The position numbers were made by a program, and so were the translations under genes. Under the pieces are notes generated by a model, which worked only from the letters and a program-made list of their open reading frames with translations, did no database searches and was not told where the DNA came from. From the human T2T-CHM13v2.0 reference genome, Homo sapiens: DNA of 64,000 nt. The stretch lies in NCBI RefSeq assembly GCF_009914755.1, contig NC_060933.1. One strand, given 5' to 3'. Each line of letters begins with the position of its first letter. Position 1 is the stretch's first letter. Positions 1-11,280 of this stretch are shown piece by piece.

Positions 1-1787
1 CTAACCCTAACCCTAACCCTAACCCTAACCCTAACCTAACCCTAACCCTAACCCCTAACCCTAACCCTAACCCTAACCCTAACCCTAACCCTAACCCTAA
101 CCCTAACCCTAACCCTAACCCTAACCCTAACCCTAACCCTAACCCTAACCCTAACCCTAACCCTAACCCTAACCCTAACCCAACCCCTAACCCTAACCCT
201 AACCCTAACCCTAACCCTAACCCTAACCCTAACCCTAACCCTAACCCTAACCCTAACCCTAACCCTAACCCTAACCCTAACCCTAACCCTAACCCTAACC
301 CTAACCCTAACCCTAACCCTAACCCTAACCCTAACCCTAACCCTACCCTAACCCTAACCCTAACCCTAACCCTAACCCTAACCCTAACCCTAACCCTAAC
401 CCTAACCCTAACCCTAACCCTAACCCTAACCCTAACCCTAACCCTAACCCTAACCCCTAACCCTAACCCTAACCTACCTAACCCTAACCCTAACCCTAAC
501 CCTAACCCTAACCCTAACCCTAACCCTAACCCTAACCCTAACCCTAACCCTAACCCTAACCCTAACCCTAACCCTAACCCTAACCCTAACCCTAACCCTA
601 ACCCTAACCCTAACCCTAACCCTAACCCTAACCCTAACCCTAACCCTAACCCTAACCCTAACCACCTAACCCTAACCCTAACCCTAACCCTAACCCTAAC
701 CCTAACCCTAACCCTAACCCTAACCCTAACCCTAACCCTAACCCTAACCCTAACCCTAACCCTAACCCTAACCCTAACCCTAACCCTAACCCTAACCCTA
801 ACCCTAACCCTAACCCTAACCCTAACCCTAACCCTAACCCTAACCCTAACCCTAACCCTAACCCTAACCCTAACCCTAACCCTAACCCTAACCCTAACCC
901 TAACCCTAACCCTAACCCTAACCCTAACCCTAACCCTAACCCTAACCCTAACCCTAACCCTAACCCTAACCCTAACCCTAACCCTAACCCTAACCCTAAC
1001 CCTAACCCTAACCCTAACCCTAACCCTAACCCTAACCCTAACCCTAACCCTAACCCTAACCCTAACCCTAACCCTAACCCTAACCCTAACCCTAACCCTA
1101 ACCCTAACCCTAACCCTAACCCTAACCCTAACCCTAACCCTAACCCTAACCCTAACCCTAACCCTAACCCTAACCCTACCCTAACCCTAACCCTAACCCT
1201 AACCCTAACCCTAACCCTAACCCTAACCCTAACCTAACCCTAACCCCTAACCCTAACCCTAACCCTAACCCTAACCTAACCCTAACCCTAACCCTAACCC
1301 TAACCCTAACCCTAACCCTAACCCTAACCCTAACCCTAACCCTAACCCTAACCCTAACCCTAACCCTAACCCTAACCCTAACCCTAACCCTAACCCTAAC
1401 CCTAACCCTAACCCTAACCCTAACCCTAACCCTAACCCCTAACCCTAACCCTAACCCTAACCCTAACCCTAACCCTAACCCTAACCCTAACCTAACCCTA
1501 ACCCTAACCCTAACCCTAACCCTAACCCTAACCCTAACCCTAACCCTAACCCTAACCCTAACCCTAACCCTACCCTAACCCTAACCCTAACCCTAACCCT
1601 AACCCTAACCCTAACCCTAACCCTAACCCCTAACCCCTAACCCTAACCCTAACCCTAACCCTAACCCTAACCCTAACCCTAACCCCAACCCCAACCCCAA
1701 CCCCAACCCCAACCCCAACCCCAACCCCAACCCCAACCCTAACCCAACCCCAACCCCAACCCCAACCCCAACCCCAACCCCAACCCC

Positions 1788-1820
<33 letters not shown>

Positions 1821-3688
1821 CCCTAACCCTAACCCTAACCCTAACCCTAACCCTAACCCTAACCCTAACCCTAACGCTAACCCTAACCCTAACCCTAACC
1901 CTTAACCCTTAACCCTTAACCCTTAACCCTAACCCTAACCCTAACCCTAACCCTAACCCTAACCCCTAACCCCTAACCCCTAACCCCTAACCCTAACCCC
2001 TAACCCCTAACCCCTAACCCCTAACCCTAACCCTAACCCTAACCCCAACCCCAACCCCAACCCCAACCCCTAACCCTAACCCTAACCCTAACCCTAACCC
2101 TAACCCTAACCCCTAACCCCTAACCCCTAACCCTAACCCTAACCCTAACCCTAACCCTAACCCTAACCCTAACCCTAACCCCTAACCCCTAACCCCTAAC
2201 CCTAACCCTAACCCTAACCCCTAACCCTAACCCTAACCCTAACCCTAACCCTAACCCTAACCCTAACCCCTAACCCCTAACCCTAACCCTAACCCTAACC
2301 CCTAACCCCTAACCCCTAACCCTAACCCTAACCCTAACCCTAACCCTAACCCTAACCCTAACCCCTAACCCCTAACCCTAACCCTAACCCTAACCCTAAC
2401 CCTAACCCCTAACCCTAACCCCTAACCCTAACCCTAACCCTAACCCTAACCCTAACCCTAACCCTAACCCAACCCTAACCCTAACCCTAACCCTAACCCT
2501 AACCCTAACCCTAACCCTAACCCTAACCCTAACCACCCTAACCCTAACCCTAACCCTAACCCTAACCCTAACCCTAACCCTAACCCTAACCCTAACCCTA
2601 ACCACCCTAACCCTAACCCTAACCCTAACCCTAACCCTAACCCTAACCCTAAAACCCTAAAACCCTAAAACCCTAAAACCCTAAAACCCTAACCCTAACC
2701 CTAACCCTAACCCTAACCCTAACCCTAACCCTAACCCCTAACCCTAACCCTAACCCTAACCCTAACCCTAACCCTAACCCCTAACCCTAACCCTAACCCT
2801 AACCCTAACCCTACCCTAACCCTAACCCTAACCCTAACCCTAACCCTAACCCTAACCCTCTAACCCTAACCCTCTAACCCTAACCCTAACCCTAACCCTA
2901 ACCCTAACCCTAACCCCTAACCCCTAAACCCTAAACCCTAAACCCTAACCCCTAAACCCTAAACCCTAACCCTAACCCTAACCCTAACCCTAACCCTAAC
3001 CCCTACCCCTAACCCTAACCCTAACCCTAACCCTAACCCTAACCCCTAACCCCTAACCCCTAACCCCTAACCCTAACCCTAACCCCAACCCCTAACCCTA
3101 ACCCTAACCCTAACCCTAACCCTAACCCTAACCCCTAACCCTAACCCTAACCCTAACCCTAACCCCTAACCCCTACCGCTACCCCTACCCCTACCCCTAC
3201 CCCTAACCCTAACCCTAACCCAACCCCAACCCCAACCCCAACCCCAACCCCAACCCCAACCCTAACCCCTAACCCCTAACCCTAACCCTAACCCTAAAAC
3301 CCTAACCCTAAAACCCTAACCCTAAAACCCTAACCCTAAAACCCTAACCCTAAAACCCTAACCCTAAAACCCTAACCCTAAAACCCTAACCCTAAAACCC
3401 TAACCCTAAAACCCTAACCCTAACCCTAACCCTAACCCTAACCCTAAAACCCTAACCCTAACCCTAACCCTAACCCAACCCTAACCCCAACCCCAACCCC
3501 AACCCCAACCCCAACCCTAACCCCTAACCCCAAACCCCAAACCCTAAACCCTAAACCCTAACCCTACCCTAACCCTAACCCAACCCGAACCCGAACCCGA
3601 ACCCGAACCCGAACCCGAACCCGAACCCTAACCCCAACCCCAACCCCAACCCCCACCCCCACCCCCATCCTCACCCTCACCCTCACCG
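1..3688 (-). repeat. Telomeric (TTAGGG)n array (CCCTAA on +) with proximal telomere-variant-repeat zone
   Basis: Near-pure CCCTAA to ~1680, then blocks of CCCCAA, CCCTTAA, CCCCTAA, CCCTAAAA, CCCTAAA, CCCTAC, CCCGAA and CCCTCA; array starts at base 1, consistent with a left (p-arm) chromosome end. Confidence 0.99.
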
Positions 3689-4195
3689 TAAGCACATGAG
3701 GAATGTGGGTGTTATATTTTGGGTATCATGTGTGCATTAGGAATGCTGCATTTGCGTTCCGACGCTGCAAGTGGACCCTGCAATGCAGCCCCTCCCCTTG
3801 CCTTGGGAGAATCTCGGTGCGCAGCATTCAGAGGGGCTTTTGCTTTCCCGTTTTCCGCACTGAACCGCTCTAACTGGTCTCTCACCTTGATTATTCATGG
3901 CTGCAACCGGGAAAGATTTTATTCACCGTTAATGCGCCCCGAGTTGTCCCAAAGCCAGTCAGTGGCCCCAACGTCTGTGCTTAGGGGAATGCTGCTCCAC
4001 CTTTACGGTGACCCCCAGGTCTGTACTGAGCAGAACGCAGCTCCGCCCTCGCGGTACCCTCAGCCCGCCCGCCCGGGTCTGACCTGACGAGAACTCTGCT
4101 CCGCCTTCGCAGTACCACCGAAATCTGTGCAGAGGACAACGCAGCTCCGCCCTCGCGGTGCTCTGCGGCTCTGTGCTGACGAGAACGCAACTCCC

Positions 4196-4851
4196 CCGGC
4201 GCAGGCGCAGAGAGGCGCGCCGCGCCGGCGCAGGCGCAGAGAGGCGCGCCGCGCCGGCGCAGGCGCAGAGAGGCGCGCCGCGCCGGCGCAGGCGCAGAGA
4301 GGCGCGCCGCGCCGGCGCAGGCGCAGAGAGGCGCGCCGCGCCGGCGCAGGCGCAGAGAGGCGCGCCGCGCCGGCGCAGGCGCAGAGAGGCGCGCCGCGCC
4401 GGCGCAGGCGCAGAGAGGCGCGCCGCGCCGGCGCAGGCGCAGAGAGGCGCGCCGCGCCGGCGCAGGCGCAGAGAGGCGCGCCGCGCCGGCGCAGGCGCAG
4501 AGAGGCGCGCCGCGCCGGCGCAGGCGCAGAGAGGCGCGCCGCGCCGGCGCAGGCGCAGAGAGGCGCGCCGCGCCGGCGCAGGCGCAGAGAGGCGCGCCGC
4601 GCCGGCGCAGGCGCAGAGAGGCGCGCCGCGCCGGCGCAGGCGCAGAGAGGCGCGCCGCGCCGGCGCAGGCGCAGAGAGGCGCGCCGCGCCGGCGCAGGCG
4701 CAGAGAGGCGCGCCGCGCCGGCGCAGGCGCAGAGAGGCGCGCCGCGCCGGCGCAGGCGCAGAGAGGCGCGCCGCGCCGGCGCAGGCGCAGAGAGGCGCGC
4801 CGCGCCGGCGCAGGCGCAGAGAGGCGCGCCGCGCCGGCGCAGGCGCAGAGA
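4196..4851. repeat. 29-bp CpG-rich VNTR (~22.6 copies of CCGGCGCAGGCGCAGAGAGGCGCGCCGCG)
   Basis: Unit starts at 4196 and recurs every 29 bp to 4834; 7 CpG per unit; each unit has GCGCAGGCGCA (NRF1-like) and GGCGCGCC. Confidence 0.97.
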
Positions 4852-5138
4852 CACATGCTAGCGCGTCCAGGGGTGGAGGCGTGGCGCAGGCGCAGAGACG
4901 CACGCCTACGGGCGGGGGTTGGGGGTGCGTGTGTTGCAGGAGCAAAGTCGCACGGCGCCGGGCTGGGGGCGGGGGGGGGGGGGGGGGGGGGGGGGCGCCG
5001 TGCACGCGCAGAAACTCACGTCACGGCGGCGCGGCGCAGAGACGGGTGGAACTTCAGTAATCCGAAAAGCCGGGATCGACCGCCCCTTGCTTGCAGCCGG
5101 GCACTACAGGACCCGCTTGCTCACGGTGCTGTGCCAGG

Positions 5139-5332
5139 GCGCCCCCTGCTGGCGACTAGGGCAACTGCAGGGCTCTCTTGCTTAGAGTGGTGGCCACCGC
5201 CCCCTGCTGGCGCCGGGGCACTGCAGGGTCCTCTTGCTTACTGTATAGTGGTGGCACGCCGCCTGCTGGCAGCTACGGACATTGCAGGGTCCTCTTGCTC
5301 AAGGTGTACTGGCAGCACGCCCGCCTGCTGGC
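5139..5332 (-). promoter_or_regulatory. Tandem CTCF-like motifs within the ~61-bp repeats
   Basis: GCGCCCCCTGCTGG at 5139 and CCGCCCCCTGCTGG at 5197 (reverse complement CCAGCAGGGGGCG, CTCF core); weaker copies at ~5257 and ~5318. Confidence 0.75.
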
Positions 5333-5782
5333 AGCTGGGGACACTGCTGGGCCCTCTTGCTCCAACAGTAGTGGCGGATTATAGGGAAACACCAGGAGCA
5401 TATGCTGTTTGGTCTCAGTAGACTCCTAAATATGGGATTCCTGGGTTTAAAAGTATAAAATAAATATGTTTAATTTGTTAACTGATTACCATCAGAATTG
5501 TACTGTTCTGTATCCCACCACCAATGTCTAGGAGTGCCTGTTTCTCCACAAAGTGTTTACTTTTGGATTTTTGCCAGTCTAACAGGTGAAGCCCTGGAGA
5601 TTCTTATTAGTGATTTGGGCTGGGGCCTGGCCACGTGTATTTTTTTAAATTTCCACTGATGATTTTGCTGCATGGCCGGTGTTGAGAATGACTGCGCAAA
5701 TTTGCCGGACTTCCTTTGCTGTTCCTGCATGTAGTTTAAACGAGATTGCCAGCACCGGGTATCATTCACCATTTTTCTTTTT

Positions 5783-8323
5783 GTTAACTTGCCGTCAGCC
5801 TTTTCTTTGACCTCTTCTTTCTGTTCATGTGTATTTGCTGTCTCTTAGCCCAGACTTCCCGTGTCCTTTCCACCAAGCCTTTGAGAGGTCACAGGGTCTT
5901 GATGCTGTGGTCTTGATCTGCAGGTGTCTGACTTCCAGCAACTGCTGGCCTGTGCCAGGGTGCAAGCTGAGCACTGGAGTGGAGTTTTCCTGTGGAGAGG
6001 AGCCATGCCTAGAGTGGGATGGGCCATTGTTCATCTTCTGGCCCCTGTTGTCTGCATGTAACTTAATACCACAACCAGGCATAGGGGAAAGATTGGAGGA
6101 AAGATGAGTGAGAGCATCAACTTCTCTGACAACCTAGGCCAGTAAGTAGTGCTTGTGCTCATCTCCTTGGCTGTGATACGTGGCCGGCCCTCGCTCCAGC
6201 AGCTGGACCCCTACCTGCCATCTGCTGCCATCGGAGCCCAAAGCCGGGCTGTGACTGCTCAGACCAGCCGGCTGGAGGGAGGGGCTCAGCAGGTCTGGCT
6301 TTGGCCCTGGGAGAGCAGGTGGAAGATCAGGCAGGCCATCGCTGCCACAGAACCCAGTGGATTGGCCTAGGTGGGATCTCTGAGCTCAACAAGCCCTCTC
6401 TGGGTGGTAGGTGCAGAGAGGGGAGGGGCAGAGCCGCAGGCACAGCCAAGAGGGCTGAAGAAATGGTAGAACGGAGCAGCTGGTGATGTGTGGGCCCACC
6501 GGCCCCAGGCTCCTGTCTCCCCCCAGGTGTGTGGTGATGCCAGGCATGCCCTTCCCCAGCATCAGGTCTCCAGAGCTGCAGAAGACGACGGCCGACTTGG
6601 ATCACAATCTTGTGAGTGTCCCCAGTGTTGCAGAGGTGAGAGGAGAGTAGACAGTGAGTGGGAGTGGCGTCGCCCCTAGGGCTCTACTGGGCCGGCGTCT
6701 CCTGTCTCCTGGAGAGGCTTCGATGCCCCTCCACTCCCTCTTGATATTCCCTGTGATGTCATCTGGAGCCCTGCTGCTTGCAGTGGCCTATAAAGCCTCC
6801 TGGTCTGGCTCCAAGGCCTGGCAGAGTCTTTCCCAGGGAAAGCTACAAGCAGCAAACAGTCCGCATGGGTCATCCCCTTCACTCCCAGCTCAGAGCCCAG
6901 GCCAGGGGCCCCCAAGAAAGGCTCTGGTGGAGAACCTGTGCATGAAGGCTGTCAACCAGTCCATAGGCAAGCCTGGCTGCCTCCAGCTGGATGGACAGAC
7001 AGGGGCTGGAGAAGGGGAGAAGAGGAAAGGGGGGTTGCCTGCCCTGTCTCCTACCTGAGGCTGAGGAAGGAGAAGGGGATGCACTGTTGGGGAGGCAGCT
7101 GTAACTCAAAGCCTTAGCCTCTGTTCCCACGAAGGCAGGGCCATCAGGCACCAAAGGGATTCTGCCAGCATAGTGCTCCTGGATTAGTGATACACCCGGC
7201 ACCCTGTCCTGGACAAGCTGTTGGCCTGGATCTGAGCCCTCGTGGAGGTCAAAGCCACCTTTGGTTCTGCCATTGCTGCTGTGTGGAAGTTCACTCCTGC
7301 CTTTTCCTTTCCCTAGAGCCTCCACCACCCCGAGATCACATTTCTCACTGCCTTTTGTCTGCCCAGTTTCACCAGAAGTAGGCCTCTTCCTGACAGGCAG
7401 CTGCACCACTGCCTGGCGCTGCGCCCTTCCTTTGCTCTGCCCGCTGGAGACGGTGTTTGTCATGGGCCTGATCTGCAGGGATCCTGCTACAAAGGTGAAA
7501 CCCAGAAGAGTGTGGAGTCCAGAGTGTTGCCAGGACCCAGGCACAGGCATTAGTGCCCGTTGGAGAAAACAGGGGAACCCCGAAGAAATGGTGGGTCCTG
7601 GCCATCCGTGAGATCTTCCCAGGGCAGCTCCCCTCTGTGGAATCCAATCTGTCTTCCATCCTGTGTGGCCGAGGGCCAGGCTTCTCACTGGGCCTCTGCA
7701 GGAGGCTGCCATTTGTCCTGCCCACCTTCTTAGAAGGGAGACGGAGCAGACCCATCTGCTACTGCCCTTTCTATAATAACTAAAGTTAGCTGCCCTGGAC
7801 TATTCACCCCCTAGTCTCAATTTAAAAAGATCCCCATGGCCACAGGGCCCCTGCCTGGGGGCTTGTCACCTCCCCCACCTTCTTCCTGAGTCACTCCTGC
7901 AGCCTTGCTCCCTAACCTGCCCCACAGCCTTGCCTGGATTTCTATCTCCCTGGCTTGGTGCCAGTTCCTCCAAGTCGATGGCACCTCCCTCCCTCTCAAC
8001 CACTTGAGCAAACTCCAAGACATCTTCTACCCCAACACCAGCAATTGTGCCAAGGGCCATTAGGCTCTCAGCATGACTATTTTTAGAGACCCTGTGTCTG
8101 TCACTGAAACCTTTTTTGTGGGAAACTATTCCTCCCATCTGCAACAGCTGCCCCTGCTGACTGCCCTTCTCTCCTCCCTCTCATCCCAGAGAAACAAGTC
8201 AGCTGGGAGCTTCTGCCCCCACTGCCTAGGGACCAACAGGGGCAGGAGGCAGTCACTGACCCCGAGACGTTTGCATCCTGCACAGCTAGAGATCCTTTAT
8301 TAAAAGCACACTGTTGGTTTCTG
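5783..8323 (+). pseudogene. DDX11L5: DDX11-like unprocessed partial pseudogene / lncRNA (exons ~5783-6141, 6527-6635, 7135-8323; extra ancestral exon 6889-6966)
   Basis: DDX11/ChlR1 C-terminal peptides: [50 protein letters not shown]|RAIRHQRD (motif VI); stops TAG TGA at 7185-7190; GT/AG sites; ATTAAA at 8299. Paralog number inferred from 9p context. Confidence 0.88.
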
Positions 8324-8337
8324 CTCAGTTCTTTATT
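8296..8337. terminator. Overlapping polyadenylation signals for WASH (-) and DDX11L (+)
   Basis: TTTATTAAA at 8296-8304 gives AATAAA on - and ATTAAA on +; second - strand AATAAA at 8332-8337. Confidence 0.75.
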
Positions 8338-8607
8338 GATTGGTGTGCCGTTTTCTCTGGAAGCCTCTTAAGAACACAGTGGCGCAGGCTGGGTGGAGCC
8401 GTCCCCCCATGAAGTACAGGCAGACAAGTCCCCGCCCCAGCTGTGTGGCCTCAAGCCAGCCTTCCGCTCCTTGAAGCTGGTCTCCACACACTGCTGGTTC
8501 CGTCACCCCCTCCCAGGGAAGCAGGTCTGAGCAGCTTGTCCTGGCTGTGTCCATGTCAGAGCAACGGCCCAAGTCTGGGTCTGGGGGGGAAGGTGTCATG
8601 GAGCCCC

Positions 8608-8741
8608 CTACGATTCCCAGTCGTCCTCGTCCTCCTCTGCCTGTGGCTGCTGCGGTGGCGGCAAAGGAGGGATGGAGTCTGACACGCGGACAAAGGCTCC
8701 TCCGGGCCCCTCACCAGCCCCAGGTCCTTTCCCAGAGATGC
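8608..8741 (-). CDS. WASHC1: WASH exon 11 coding part (acidic A motif, stop)
   Basis: [47 protein letters not shown] at 8610-8608. Confidence 0.93.
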
Positions 8742-8881
8742 CTGGAGGGAAAAGGCTGAGTGAGGGTGGTTGGTGGGAAACCCTGGTTCCCCCAGCCCCC
8801 GGAGACTTAAATACAGGAAGAAAAAGGCAGGACAGAATTACAATGTGCCGGCCCAGGGTGGGCAGCGGCCCTGCCTCCTAC

Positions 8882-8950
8882 CCTTGCGCCTCATGACCAG
8901 CTTGTTGAAGAGATCCGACATCAAGTGCCCACCTTGGCTCGTGGCTCTCA
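8882..8950 (-). CDS. WASHC1: WASH exon 10 (C region)
   Basis: [23 protein letters not shown]. Confidence 0.92.
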
Positions 8951-9709
8951 CTGCAACGGGAAAGCCACAGACTGGGGTGAAGAGTTCAGTCACATGCGAC
9001 CGGTGGCTCCCTGTCCCCACCCCCATGACACTCCCCAGCCCTCCAAGGCCACTGTGTTTCCTAGTTAGCTCAGAGCCTCAGTCGATGCCTGACCCAGCAC
9101 CGGGCACTGATGAGAAAGTGGCTGTTTGAGGAGCCACCTCCCAGCCACCTCGGGGACAGGGCCAGGGTGTGCAGCACCACTGTACGATGGGGAAACTGGC
9201 CCAGAGAGGTGAGGCAGCTTGCCTGGGGTCACAGAGCAAGGCAAAAGCAGCGCTGGGTACAAGCTCAAAACCATAGTGCCCAGGGCACTGCCGCTGCAGG
9301 CGCAGGCATCGCATCACACCAGTGTCTGCGTTCACAGCAGGCATCATCAGTAGCCTCCAGAGGCCTCAGGTCCAGTCTCTAAAAATATCTCAGGAGGCTG
9401 CAGTGGCTGACCATTGCCTTGGACCGCTCTTGGCAGTCGAAGAAGATTCTCCTGTCACAGTTTGAGCTGGGTGAGCTTAGAGAGGAAAGCTCCACTATGG
9501 CTCCCAAACCAGGAAGGAGCCATAGCCCAGGCAGGAGGGCTGAGGACCTCTGGTGGCGGCCCAGGGCTTCCAGCATGTGCCCTAGGGGAAGCAGGGGCCA
9601 GCTGGCAGGAGCAGGGGGTGGGCAGAAAGCACCCGGTGGACTCAGGGCTGGAGGGGAGGAGGCGATCTTGCCCAAGGCCCTCCAACCGCAGGCTCCAGGG
9701 CCCGCTCAC

Positions 9710-9862
9710 CTTGCTCCTGCTCCTTCTGCTGCTGCTTCTCCAGCTTTCGCTCCTTCATGCTGCGCAGCTTGGCCTTGCCGATGCCCCCAGCTTGGCGGAT
9801 GGACTCTAGCAGAGTGGCCCAGCCACCGGAGGGGTCGACCACTTCCCTGGGAGCTCCCTGGA
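9710..9862 (-). CDS. WASHC1: WASH exon 9 (WH2/V domain)
   Basis: [51 protein letters not shown]. Confidence 0.92.
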
Positions 9863-10518
9863 CTGGAGCCGGGAGGTGGGGAACAGGGCAAGGAGGAAAG
9901 GCTGCTCAGGCAGGGCTGGGGAAGCTTACTGTGTCCAAGAGCCTGCTGGGAGGGAAGTCACCTCCCCTCAAACGAGGAGCCCCGCGCTGGGGAGGCCGGA
10001 CCTTTGGAGACTGTGTGGGGCCCGGGCACTGACTTCGGCAACCACCTGAGCGCGGGCATCCTGTGTGCAGATACTCCCTGCTTCCTCTCTAGCCCTCACC
10101 CTGCAGAGCTGGACCCCTGAGCTAGCCATGCTCTGACAGTCTCAGTTGCACACATGAGCCAGCAGAGGGGTTTTGTGCCACTTCTGGATGCTAGGGTTAC
10201 ACTGGGAGATACAGCAGTGAAGCTGAAATGAAAAATGTGTTGCTGTAGTTTGTTATTAGACCCCTTCTTTCCATTGGTTTAATTAGGAATGAGGAACCCA
10301 GAGCCTCACTTGTTCAGGCTCCCTCTGCCCTAGAAGTGAGAAGTCCAGAGCTCTACAGTTTGAAAGCCACTATTTTATGAACCAAGTAGAACAAGATATT
10401 TGAAATGGAAACTATTCAAAAAATTGAGAATTTCTGACCACTTAACAAACCCACAGAAAATCCACCCGAGTGCACTGAGCACGCCAGAAATCAGGTGGCC
10501 TCAAAGAGCTGCTCCCAC

Positions 10519-10677
10519 CTGAAGGAGATGCGCTGCTGCTGCTGTCGTCCTGCCTGGCGCCTTGGCCTACAGGGGCCGCGGTTGAGGGTGGGAGTGGGGG
10601 TGCACTGGCCAGCACCTCAGGAGCTGGGGGTGGTGGTGGGGGCGGTGGGGGTGGTGTTAGTACCCCATCTTGTAGGT
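10519..10677 (-). CDS. WASHC1: WASH exon 8 (poly-proline region)
   Basis: [28 protein letters not shown]...SSSSASPS. Confidence 0.92.
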
Positions 10678-10765
10678 CTGAAACACAAAGTGTGGGGTGT
10701 CTAGGGAAGAAGGTGTGTGAGCAGGGAGGTCCCCGGCCCAGCTCCCATCCCAGAACCCAGCTCAC

Positions 10766-10967
10766 CTACCTTGAGAGGCTCGGCTACCTCAGTGTGGAAG
10801 GTGGGCAGTTCTGGAATGGTGCCAGGGGCAGAGGGGGCAATGCCGGGGCCCAGGTCGGCACTGTACATGAGGTCGTTGGCAATGCCGGGCAGGTCAGGCA
10901 GGTAGGATGGAACATGGATCTCAGGCACCTGGCCCAGGTCTGGCACATAGAAGTAGTTCTCTGGGAC
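10766..10967 (-). CDS. WASHC1: WASH exon 7
   Basis: [40 protein letters not shown]...AEPLKV; GTGAG donor. Confidence 0.92.
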
Positions 10968-11144
10968 CTGCAAGATTAGGCAGGGACATGTGAGAGGTGA
11001 CAGGGACCTGCAGGGGCAGCCAACAAGACCTTGTGTGCACCTCCCATGGGTGGAATAAGGGGCCCAACAGCCTTGACTGGAGAGGAGCTCTGGCAAGGCC
11101 CTGGGCCACTGCACCTGTCTCCACCTCTGTCCCACCCCTCCCAC

Positions 11145-11280
11145 CTGCTGTTCCAGCTGCTCTCTCTTGCTGATGGACAAGGGGGCATCAAACAGCTTCT
11201 CCTCTGTCTCTGCCCCCAGCATCACATGGGTCTTTGTTACAGCACCAGCCAGGGGGTCCAGGAAGACATACTTCTTCTAC
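11145..11280 (-). CDS. WASHC1: WASH exon 6 (first full codon is TAG at 11279-11277)
   Basis: [44 protein letters not shown]. Confidence 0.9.

Larger units (their letters stand above)
3689..5390. repeat. TAR1 telomere-associated repeat containing the 37/29/61-bp repeat cassette
   Basis: Directly abuts the telomere; degenerate TCTGTGCnGAGnAGAACGCAGCTCCGCC units (3974-4195), 29-bp VNTR, ~60-bp CCCTGCTGGC units. Confidence 0.92.
3970..5390 (-). promoter_or_regulatory. Subtelomeric CpG-island TERRA promoter (61-29-37 repeats), firing toward the telomere
   Basis: Repeat order matches the established 61-29-37 TERRA promoter architecture; UUAGGG RNA would be the - strand here. Confidence 0.8.

Noticed and set aside
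4196-4851. CRISPR-like array
   Set aside because: Units are contiguous with no spacers, and the context is a eukaryotic subtelomere
3959-5060. Five overlapping 244-348 aa ORFs
   Set aside because: The 29-bp unit has no T on + and no A on -, so no frame can contain a stop; the products are periodic artefacts
6879-7712. 277-aa minus-strand ORF
   Set aside because: Antisense to DDX11L exons and introns, with no recognisable homology
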